A DNA stretch of 62,816 nt, counting the filler, from Sphacelaria rigidula (Eukaryota): NCBI GenBank assembly GCA_964200075.2. It is 5 parts of 5 records of this genome, joined end to end, with 100 filler letters (N's around TTAATTAATTAA, not from the genome) between each part and the next. Parts side by side here need not be neighbours in the genome. Positions count along the whole stretch, not along the records: positions 37,751 to 50,233 come from CAXNAA020003718.1; positions 50,334 to 62,816 come from CAXNAA020003719.1; 3 more parts are not named here. The stretch is one strand, 5' to 3'. Below, one piece after another: positions 40,364 to 51,029 of the stretch (its first letter is position 1; every line of letters begins with the position of its first letter). Position numbers and translations under genes: made by a program. The notes below the pieces were generated by a model. That model was not told where the DNA came from and ran no database searches. It was given only the letters and a program-made list of their open reading frames with translations.

Positions 40364-41863
40364 AACGCAACCCTTGTCGATGTGTTCGCCAAGATTGACT
40401 GCGACCTTGTGCAGTGCTGACGTGAACATGGTTTGGCCTGAACAAGAAACATTTGAGCGGTGCGTAAAACACGGCAAAACCAGATGCCAACAACCAACAA
40501 TATTCAGGTGCACAGGTAACCATTCTTGGCGATGATACTAGGCATTTGACGATAAGCAATAAGTTGACCGACGTTTTACCCACCCACACTGAAACGTGAA
40601 CCACACGTAGTACCTGTGGCGGCATCACGAACAACCTTGAACGTGCCGATGACGTTATCATATCGCCGCCGGAGGATGTCCGGTGGAGGAATTATCCGTG
40701 GCACGTACTTCAAGTTATCACTCGAGTAATTCGCCCGCATGTCCACATCTATCTGTATGCTACTCCACGAAGGATTTCGCTCCCGCCAAATTTCCCTGGC
40801 GCGCTCCATAACCTCAGGATCAGGTATAATGAAAGCATCCCTCAAAGAAGCGCAAAAAGGGCGGAATGCTCCATGTTCCTTTGAAGCGAAGTGGATGAGC
40901 CGATTTTCGGCATGCCACACGTCAATCTCGACTACGGGCTTGCCTACACCACTCGAAGATGACTGGCCACACGAAGAACTGTCCGTAGTGACGCCAGCAA
41001 CGTCACCCAACCCCGCAGCGTCCAATGCCGAAGGCAGTCCGTGCGCACGCCCCCCAGCCTCCCCGGGCTCATGGATCGGTAGGGCCGGTGGCTGTCCTTT
41101 GGGCAATCTCGAATTGACCTGAGGAAGATACGTGGCGAGCGGCTGACGGGGGTCAAATATCTGGGCCATGCTCATGCTCCTCAAGAGCAGTTTCCCGCGC
41201 AGTCTGAGGGCATCCTCGAAGCGTCGAATAGTTGAATCGTGAGCTTAAGTTGAGCACCAGCAATGAATCTGCTTCGCCCACCACGCAGTACCAAAGCAGT
41301 TCTATCCGCTTGGCCCTTCGGTTTCACCTCAGCTCCATAACCGACCGACGGGCTCAAGGAAACAATCAAGTAAAATACGAAGCGGGGTCTACATATCCAA
41401 CTTACCGCATCCCACAGCACTAGAGGCCCAACCTCAAGCTGGTCCAGCGTCTGAAGTTCACCGCCAGCCTCACTAGGGTGTAGCGCCAACGCCCCTGGGA
41501 CATGCATCTTCGTCAGCTTCACCACCATACGCGTAGCCCTCCCCGCCTCTTTCCCAAGCGCCAGGTCTGTGTTCCCCCACATGCACCCCCAAGGATATCC
41601 CGCAAGGATCCCCTCCGCCACGCATCGAGAGTTGGTTTGTGTGTCCAGGCGTAGAGGGGTGCCGGCATCAAGCGATAGCACATCTGGCCGCCTCTCCGTG
41701 AAGACAGGATCCATTCGGTGATGAATGTAGTAAAATAGGAGCACTCCCGCGAAGGAGTCAAGCCCAGCGTGTTTAACCTGCATTATGGCAGCGTAGTTGG
41801 AACAATCGTCAAGCATGACATAGTGGGCAATGAGTTCACTTTTCAGCACGTCGTCCTGCATAA

Positions 41864-44300
41864 CAGTAATGGGTGCGCCTGACTCCCCAAAATGCGGGGG
41901 AAAGTGTCATCGATCAAAGTCACCAACAGACACGAGCAGACCAACTTTTGCGGCTTATCCGGGCTCGTGGGGTAAAATGCGCCTTAGGTCATCGGAAGAG
42001 AACGTCATAAATCCAAAATCCACATCGAGAAAAAACGGACTGCATTCCGAAGTCAGAACGCCAACGTGGCTGTCACTGGCATTCCAGCGCATCGCAAGTG
42101 CGGGCGAAAAACGACGCAGTGCCATGCAATATACGAGGAAAAACAAGGAAAACCATGGTTAACCCTTCGACCTCGATGCGCGCAGCCCATCTGGATGACG
42201 CATACGTTTTTCATGTGGATATTGACGCTGATTCAGCAAGTGGCCTACCCTCGCGGTAAAAGAGTTAAAGGAAAAAATGAATGGGCCGGGAAACAAGAGC
42301 AAACGAAAGGCAGCAGACACTTCGACGCTGTTAGCCCCGTCCTGCGTCGTAGCCTATGTCTCGTTGCCCCAGCAGTCGCAGTTGCGCACGTAGCACGCGA
42401 AATACTCTACTCGGGTGTTGGCGAATGACGTCTATCGCCTTGGTCGCACTAAGAACATGTCAGACGATACTGCTAACTTGGCGCAGTCGCTCCCAAGGGC
42501 TTCGCAAAACCAGGGCGCTGGACGACCAGCAGCACCAAGTGCCCCTGCACCTGCCCCAGACGAACACCTAGATACCCATATATTTGTAGTACCAAACAAT
42601 ATTTGGGGGGATGCGGATCGAAATTGGACCAACATCATCTGCTCAACATGCGACAGAGCGATATGCACTGATGCACTTCAACGAGGACGTCCCTTGCATA
42701 GACGAGTGAAAATACAAACAATCGCCGGGTGTGTGATGTGGGTTGGGCGGATGTTGGTCGACCACCTCATGTTTTGAGGAACTTGATTCATCGGATGCCA
42801 TCGTTCCGAATTTTTTGGCGGATGAATTGCTCGCCTTGTGCAAGTGTATTTGTTATTCAATGCGCATAGCTTTTCATTTCATCAACAGGATATTGTTCGG
42901 ACTACAAAGACATTTGTGTTACAAGAGGGAATACAAACACAACGTCATCACGTGCCTCACCCACCAGTGCCGATTGCAACAGACGCGTGTCTTGAGACGG
43001 ATGGGTCCACCGAAAGACATGAAAAGGGCTTTGGTGCCATGTGGCTTCAGCGAAAGTGGGCCGACGACTTTATGCTGTATTTTGTGCCATCTTGATGACG
43101 AAGTATAGTTCACCTTTCGGGAGGGTGAGTTAGTCCAGCTTGATTTTCGTGTGAACACCGAAATCCGGATTTTCAATGGAGGCTGTGCTCCTAGCGTGCG
43201 CAGAACGCATTTTTGTCTAAATCGGCGCGGAGAATCGATTTGAAGTCTGACGACGCACACTTCCCCTCGGGAACACTCCGCACCCCCTTTGCCCGAGGGT
43301 TCTCGGTATGACTTCGTTTGGGTTAGGGTTAGGGTTAGGGTTACAGTTTGTTCGCCCCGGTGCTGCAACGTCACGAAACTTCTGGCTTTCTTTTGTGCGA
43401 CTCATTATTGACGGTGGCTGGAGTGTGTGGTAATTACGTTCAAGATAATGCTCGTCTCTTTTCTTGGAGATGTTCCATCTCGCCAGCTTGCTCTGTGGCT
43501 TTCTTTTCTCCTTCAGTTGCCCAATACTCGCCGCCAGGTGAGATTAGATACTAAACTACGGTATCGACGGTGGCGTGATGATTGCACTGGGTGCAGGAGA
43601 ACGAGCGCTACTCCGGGGCATTTGTCTCAGAGACAGCTTATCGGGGGTCGATCGAAGGTTCAAACTCCACACCTGTGGAAAATTCCATACATCCGATGTA
43701 ATGTACCAACAATCTGCACTACGTGGCCACTGTCCTTTGTACCACTGTCAAGAGTCATTCATGGCTGTAATACATTCTGAGGCCGTTGGATAGGGATGAT
43801 GGTTTCGCGTGTCGTGGAAACTGGCGATGGTTGGAGGCGCTCGTTCGCGCTGATAGCCCAAACCGTTCCCGAAGTACTCATCGCCAAGGTCATCGATTAG
43901 GATACGATTTTTTGCACCATCTGCGCCAAAACCACAGCTACAACTTTGGGAAGTATTATTTTTCCTCAACATAATCCGAGTCTTATAGCGAATCGTGTAA
44001 AAACACAAATGCCAATTTTTCGACCACCATAATTTCTTTTGCAAAACGACGCTGAGAGTTCGGAGCTTACACGAATACGCGCCGGTGAGTATTCGAGCCA
44101 CGCCGTGGTTCGTAGTCTGGGACGAGGAGAACGGAAGACCGTGAAGTAGAACCCTACACGAATCATAAGTACTTCGAGTGATTTTACGGCGTGCACCATG
44201 AGGGGATGAACAAGATCTCCGCTATCTTCGAGTTTCTAGTCGTTTTCGGTCGGTGACACTTTCTTTTCCCATTGTGGGGGGTCAGGCGCACCCATAACAG
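41864..44300 (-). mobile_element. ~2.44-kb non-autonomous TIR element, copy 2, both TIRs present
   Basis: Left cagtaatgggtgcgcctgactcccc..aaagtgtcatcga; right tcggtgacactttt...gggggtcaggcgcacccataacag; internal (GGTTAG)n at ~43320-43343. Confidence 0.82.
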
Positions 44301-45084
44301 AACAACAGCTGTATGAGTAGAAAACATTGGGCATATCTTGTCAAACATTCGATGATTCCCGCTCCGTAAAACGGGGGCAAATAAACGGACGGGGTCTCGA
44401 TGAGTATGCTTGACCCTTTTGGGACGGACCTCCAACTAATACAGGGTTGTGTGGAGGATACCTCTTTGCAGTGAGATATCAGAGACTGATGCCACACATG
44501 TATGCAGGCCCAGCGCAAGCAGGGACAAGGTACGAACGTTCCGGAAGGACCAGATTACCGAGGACCCTGTCATGCCGACGTAACTAGACAACTCGGTGTG
44601 ATGCCAGGTAGAGCCCAATATTAGGACGATCCAACATCCCCCGAGGTCTGGGTCGCCCCTGGCGCCCACTCGTAGTCTGACCCCACATCTTGCCTACATA
44701 TACAAGAGAAAATCATCGCCAGCTTCGGAGTTCCTTCGGCATCAGGACGGCAGTCTCCCCCCGTAGGTCTCTGAGCTTTCTAGTGATACGCTTTCCTCAC
44801 ACTGGCGACACCAGAACAGAACTCAAACAAGACAGGCCTTACAAGTAAAAAATTGGAGCGAGAACCGACTGCTCCCCGACACCGGAAATACTAGGGTCCC
44901 CCAAGGAACGCTACAACAGGTGAAACGTATAGATCATGTGCTTCATTAATCGAGTTGGGAGGCTATTGGAGTCATGTGTTTATACCAACGCGATATTAGC
45001 CGCCCCAATGAGCATTTATACGTCACCCGCATGACTATTCAAAGAGCGAAACGCGAGTTTAGACTCCTCAGGGTGCAGTATATG

Positions 45085-45495
45085 TCACCTGTACGGTCAT
45101 ATCGACAGGTGCCCCTGGCTCGTTGCTCGCTCCACTTGCCGCGCCCCTTCCGCGTGATGCAGCCGACTTGTCCCTTGCATGCTTCGCTGTTGACCGGCCT
45201 TTCCCGTTGCGCGATCGCCCACGTGCGCGGCCATCTACGCCGGCGGTTTCACTGATCGGAATGGTTCCAAATGCGCTCCCCCCACCACCTCCATCCCGGC
45301 GCCACGCCAGCGAGGCTCCTCACCATCAGTCGTATCAACAGGTGTCCCTGGTGCGCTGCTTGCTCGAGATGCCGCCCCCATTCCACGTGATGCAGTCGAC
45401 CCGCCCCTTGCATGCTTCGCTGTTGATCGGCTTCTCCAGTTTCGCAATCGGCCGCGTGCACCGCTCTGTCCGTCGCCGGTTTCCTCAGCGGGATT
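45085..45495 (+). repeat. Two ~170-bp direct repeats
   Basis: caggtg.ccctgg..cg.tgct.gctc...gtgatgcag.cgac...cccttgcatgcttcgctgttga.cggc at ~45105 and ~45340. Confidence 0.75.
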
Positions 45496-45759
45496 GGCGG
45501 CGGCCGCTCGCAAAGGGGGCGGGGCAGGGAGCAGCGACCCTGGCAACCGCAGCTCAGAGTGCAGTCCCCCAAACACGTGCACCTCCGGCATCTGTGTTTT
45601 AACGCCGCCCTTTCCAGGTTGCATGCACATCTTAGTATTTGCAGGTTTCCGGATGTGTCGTCGACGTATCTGTGACTCGACAAGTACACCACAACGGTAT
45701 CGCGTTACAGCTCCGCCCCCGCTGTGCTCGACGATTTTACACCACCCTTGTGGTGAGTC

Positions 45760-47084
45760 CTCCCCTCAGGTTGCATGCCCCACCCTATTCTGTTGAAATT
45801 CGCTGGGAACATGCTGCGTAGGAAGCTTCCCCCTCAGTATTCGAACACTGCATCGAACTTACTGACGTGCTTCTTACAGGCGTCTCAGTCTGGGCAGCAG
45901 CGGGAAGGCTGCTGCCCATGCGCTGTGGTGATACACAAGCGGATCTTGTTCACGTACGACGCCAAGTCCTGTCCGCACGTGGTGAACAGAATTCCCGGGT
46001 CCGTGGTAACTTGTGGGAGAGCGTTTTTTTACCTGAAAAAGAAAACGGTGGCCAGCAGCTTCACGCCCTCGTCCCTCTCCACCCTGGGCCTCCCATCTTT
46101 GTCCGCCAGTATCGCTCTCGTGAATAGGTTCGGCGTGCGAATGGCCTTCAGAACGAAATCCCACATCTTCAGGAAAGGAATCCCGGACTCATGTGGTAAA
46201 AACTCGCACACGGCCAGCAGGTAGGTGAAAACGAACAGTGCCACCTCAATTGATGGTGTCAGCCAATCGTACTGGCCGTCGGGCGGCCAAGCACTCTCGC
46301 TCTCGCCTCTCAGATTCTCGATCGCACTGTACACCCGGTTTACCAGTATGTAGTGGGGGGCACCATTCACGATGCGTTTGATGATGACTAGCACGGCGCC
46401 TGAGCCATGCGACTTGATACACCCGGAGGACATCGCCAGAAGTACGATCATCCACTGATCCGTGTCGATGGAAGTCACGAGCCACTTCTTCAGGGATTTC
46501 CCGAACAACCTCCCGGAGTGTATGATCAAGTGGACCGCGGACATCCCTCCCTCATCTATGCCGGGTCCAGGTGCGCTGTGGATACTTTCATCAGGCCCAC
46601 TACCATCACGCCACCACAACAGGTGACGTTGCGAGGCACAAGGAGAAGGGTCGGGGAGCGCGTCACTTCGCGCGCGTGATTCTCCTGCGTCCGCTTCCTC
46701 CCCCCTCTCGCAGCCTGTCAACGCGGCAAGATACGATCGCTGAATCTCCATAACCCCTCCGCGGGTGCGTAGACTAGTGTTTGGCGCCGTCGTCGCCCCC
46801 ACCCACCACCCCCTCGGTTTGAATGGGTGCACCAGCGACGACCGCGCCTGACGCCAGAGAGTTACAGAACAGTACGATCGCCCCGTGTTTTCCATACGAT
46901 TGGGGACTGGAGTTGTGTCATCTTCCCTGCCGTGCTCATTTTTTCCCCTCCTGTGGCAACGGAGGTATATGTTCTCTATCGCATGTAGCGGTCGCGGCGT
47001 CTCATCGTGATACTGGAGTACCATTGAAATTGAGACGGCGGGATCTATGTACATGTCAACGCCGGAAATCTCGATCCACGCCAT
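45760..47084 (-). pseudogene. Academ-type transposon XPG/PIN-like nuclease domain remnant
   Basis: DEGG...H, VTSIDTDQWMIVLL, YLLAVCEFLP (degenerate GCD), then through stops CPD*DACKKH...EY* and RIGW; this order matches the XPG region of AcademX-type proteins as I recall it. Confidence 0.55.
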
Positions 47085-47303
47085 ACCTTAGTTATTAGAT
47101 TACGGGTGTCAGATTACTAACTTGAACTCCTTCTCCTGCTCGGGGCACTAAGTGCGACTTGTACATTCGCTTGTGTACAACGCGAGCCGTCGATTTATGA
47201 CGGCTCCGCTGTTTGCAGGAAGTGGTGTAGATACGTCTTCATCACATTGCTATATACACACTTGTACTACTGTATATATAGCGTTTTCTTCGGAACATGC
47301 AGT

Positions 47304-47682
47304 TCTATAGATGAGGTTGTACGATGAAATGAGGTTCCAGTCCAAAACCGTGCCTTCCCCACACTTTCAGCGATGGTGACCCATGATTTTTTTGTCGGCC
47401 TAATGCCTCTCGATCGCGTAGATAATTTTTGTGCGTGTTTACCGACTCTGTGAGCTTACAGCGCTGACCGAAACCGTCTTTTCCCCTGATATCACCCCCT
47501 CCCTAAAAAAATCAGGGAAAATGACGGTTTCGGGCAGCGCTGTATGCTCACAGGGTCGGTAAAATGCGCTGGAGAAGTATCTTCGCGATCAAGGAGCAGT
47601 CATTGGGCACCATTGCTGAAAGTGTGGAGAACGCACTGTTTTGGGCTCGAACCTCATTTCATTGTACAACCTCATTTTAGAG
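47304..47682. mobile_element. Foldback MITE, ~380 bp
   Basis: atgaggttgtacgatgaaatgaggttc / gaacctcatttcattgtacaacctcat at the ends; cagcgctgaccgaaaccgtc / gacggtttcgggcagcgctg near the centre. Confidence 0.85.
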
Positions 47683-48199
47683 ACGTGCCTGTTTCTTGCT
47701 GTGAACGCCTTCAACACAAAGCTATTACTATATACTTCGCCGGCAGCACAATACTCTGTACTGCACTGAACTTTACTGTACTGTACTGTACTGTGATGAA
47801 CTGTACTGTGCTGCGCTGCGCTGTGGCATGCTCTATCTTGCTGTTGTGTGCTGTTGGTGCAGTAGACGGTAGTCCAGATGGCCCATGTACTGGTGCGGAT
47901 TGAAGGTTTTAACGTCTTGAAACTTCAGTCACGTCGTTTACCGTAAAGGATTGATTGCTTGCTGGGCGCAAGGGTCCATGTTTGATAGGGGTCGTGGGAC
48001 CTCCGTTGGTGTATTGATTCCCCAGTAGAAAAGTGAATATTACACTCTCCATGTAAAATGTAAAAACCCACTCGTGCACATACACGCACCACAAAACACA
48101 CTGAACGAGATGGGTCGGGGAAATCGTTCATACAAAGAGACACGTCATAAGCCCATCTCTTCGCCACGCGAGAAAGCGTGTGCCTCCCTCAGATATATA

Positions 48200-50220
48200 C
48201 TGCAACCATGATATCGGGTATACCTTGAATAACAGAACTGATCTCTTATTCGTATTTCCCCTGTACATCATGATCCAATCTCAATATCCATTTCCCTTGC
48301 ATCCAGGCAGGTGAACAGTTACAATCCTTGAGCGTAAGCATATTCGATTAGCCTCCCTGCTTACGGCTCTAGGACTGATAGTTTATCCTAAATACGTAGT
48401 GCCTCATTTTGAAAACGGGAAATATTTCATGTTCTTTCGAACATGAATCCAATACTATTTTACCAAGAAGTGAACAAGAAACCCGATCCCGTTAGGTAAA
48501 ACCTTTCCGGCCACGCACAGACGTCGCAAACTCGTCTATTTTAGCAACCGAAAGCTCAAATTCTGAATATAATCAGTTCTTCGTAACCTATCCATGCTCC
48601 ATTTCAACAATTATTTGCGTCAATCAGCACAAAACAAAAAGATATAGGTATATCAATCTCCATCATATCAGTACCCAAATCTGCCTTAGAACAACAAAAA
48701 ATCACAGATCAATGCACAGTGGACACCCTTGTCATACTCCTCAGTTACCATGATGACATTCGAGGAACACACTCAATCTTCCAATGCTCGAATCTGTCGA
48801 AAACGCACGGTTCTCATGGTAACAAGATGCTGTTGTCTATGTGAAATTCGATTTGATATACCGTCTACAACACGGTTTACATCAGGCAAGTGTCTACAGT
48901 CAACATATGCAGTGATGTTTGCATGGCAGCCCTGCACACATGTTCAATAAACAATTATACCCGTGATATCATTCTACTAAACAAAAAAATAACTCCTCGA
49001 AATAATACGCAAAATCAACACTGCAAAATGAAAACTTGCCGTAGTGGCGTGTGTACCACTTATCCTCAAGTTCGAGAACAGAATTGAAATTCAAATCAAA
49101 ACACTGAAACTAGAGGTATGCTCGAATACAAGAATATATAGCTTTCCTACCTGTCCCAACATAAGAACACACTCTGTATTCTAGAAAAGCAAGACACAGT
49201 CACTTTCAAAACATAATTAGCCTCCCTGATGTCGACCTTCTATCAACTGCCTAGGATAGTTGATATAATCTACATCAGTGAACACTTGCAAGCTTGGACC
49301 CCCTCATGTCAGAACACGAAAAATATCTCCGAATCTCGGGCAATTCATAGACCTTGAAATACCCAGAAAAAATTCATGTAGTCGTTCATTTCATAACGAG
49401 TTGTACTGCGTATATCCTATCAGGGAGCAACGCGGAACATAAAACCAAACTCTGTAAACGTTCAAAACTTTGTGATTAAAACTGGCGGTTGTTTAATCCA
49501 CTTCATTTCCAATGACTAATCTTTGATGAAAATTTCGCTCGTCATCCGGCCCGATGAATCCCCGAAATCGTCAAACTCATCGTCCAACTCTTGGAATATT
49601 TTCTCTTTCACAAAAAGATCAGTCCCTGTGCACCAAAGTCCAAGTGCATGCAAAGAAGTCAAATTAGGAGTTACTCTGCATAAACAGTACACTCACCCTA
49701 AATATATTAGGGCGGATATTACTCCTTGAAAAAACGCCACACCCTGTAGAGAACATGACATCAATTGCTCCGTATGAACCCCCCCCCTCACCCCGGTTCA
49801 ATATTACATATTGATTTGCAGGGAGCATTGCTTCTAGGTACCACATGAAAACACAACATCAATGATCCCAGAGTCAATTCTCGCGAGTATCGTGGTGCAA
49901 AGTCAGTCCCGCATGTTGAACGGTGGGTGGATAGTCAAATCTCTAGTAACACCCTAGACAAAAGACCGTTTTAGAGGTATACTTAAGGTTGAATCCACGC
50001 TATGTTCTTTCCGCAACTGAAAATGCCCAACCCAAAATCCAGAGCCGGTGTATCAATTTGTCAAAAATATTGTAGCGCGGATCGCAAAATATCAAACCCC
50101 CTCTCGAAATCCATAGCCGACGAATCAAATTGTCCAAAATAATCCGTCGTGGATCACCCCATCACAACATGTTTTTCCTTCTCCTTAAATTACCCGAAAA
50201 GAGAATCATGGTATCAAATA
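48200..50220 (-). pseudogene. Possible highly decayed PIF1-helicase (Helitron-like) remnant
   Basis: Minus-strand fragments LFG..KHVVM/GDPRRI (~50200-50140) and QLRKEHSVDSTLSIPLKRSFV*GVTRDL (~50020-49935) resemble PIF1 motifs; the region is AT-rich with many stops. Confidence 0.3.
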
Positions 50221-50233
50221 ATCCCCCCCTCCC

Positions 50234-50333
50234 NNNNNNNNNNNNNNNNNNNNNNNNNNNNNNNNNNNNNNNNNNNNTTAATTAATTAANNNNNNNNNNN
50301 NNNNNNNNNNNNNNNNNNNNNNNNNNNNNNNNN
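50234..50333. other. Artificial linker joining segments 4 and 5
   Basis: Same N-TTAATTAATTAA-N structure. Confidence 0.97.
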
Positions 50334-50468
50334 GTAGGGATGCGAGGTCAATGGTCTTATGACTATGGTATGCATGATCAGGAGTACACCCCCCCCTCCC
50401 CGAAAATCCCCTCAACGTGCCCAGGAATTCCCTTTTTTGAGGGGATTCAGGAAGTGGAAAAACCAGTA

Positions 50469-50788
50469 GAGTTCACCACTTGGGATGGTGAGATGTTTCT
50501 CAGATAATTCGACTTAATATTAGTATAAACAACGAATATCCGGATCTTTAATGGGGCTATGCTCCAAGCGTGCTGTTGGCTTGCGCAGGACGCGTTTTGG
50601 TCGAAATCGGCGCCTGGGGCGCCGATTTGAGGTCTGGCAACGCACCCTTTGTCTATGTAAGACTCTCCACCCCCTCGCCCGAGGGTTCTCGATGAGCCTT
50701 CGTTGGGGTTAGGGTTAGTGTTGGGGTCATAATTTGTTCGAAGTTACAATTCTCTGAGAAATTTCCCATCATCTCAAGTGGTGAACTG
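50469..50788. mobile_element. ~320-bp MITE carrying the telomere-tract module of the 2.4-kb element
   Basis: TIR agttcaccacttgggatggtgagatgtttctcaga / tctgagaaatttcccatcatctcaagtggtgaact; interior homologous to 43160-43345, including ggggttagggttag. Confidence 0.75.
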
Positions 50789-51029
50789 ACCTCTCACGAT
50801 GGGACTCAGGATTGGTCGTTAGGACGTGTCTTCAGGGCCTTTATTATTAGGTATTTGGGCCTGTCTTGGCACTTTTTTTTCGATCGAAAAAATGGGGCGA
50901 TGGAATCGACCTGAGCGAAGTTTTCTCGTTTTGATGCAGTCGGGTGCAGATCGATTTTCAAGCTTTCGATCAAAAAAATACAGTGAAATTCGTGAAACGG
51001 GACATGGTCACTCGTGTACAGTGCTGACA

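Larger units (their letters stand above)
37953..41861 (-). mobile_element. Zisupton/KDZ-like (DUF6729-type) transposase gene, intron-containing, degenerate
   Basis: Motifs IDVWHAENR...HGAFRPFCASLRDAFIIPD, YVPRIIPPP, HIDKGCV|HDPD, LRDTNRVESYH, C-terminal CQVCGH; GT-AG introns 40613-40438 and 39892-39601 restore the frame. Confidence 0.72.

Noticed and set aside
39870..40661. 263-aa ORF as an intact protein
   Set aside because: A chimera of intron, MITE and one transposase exon
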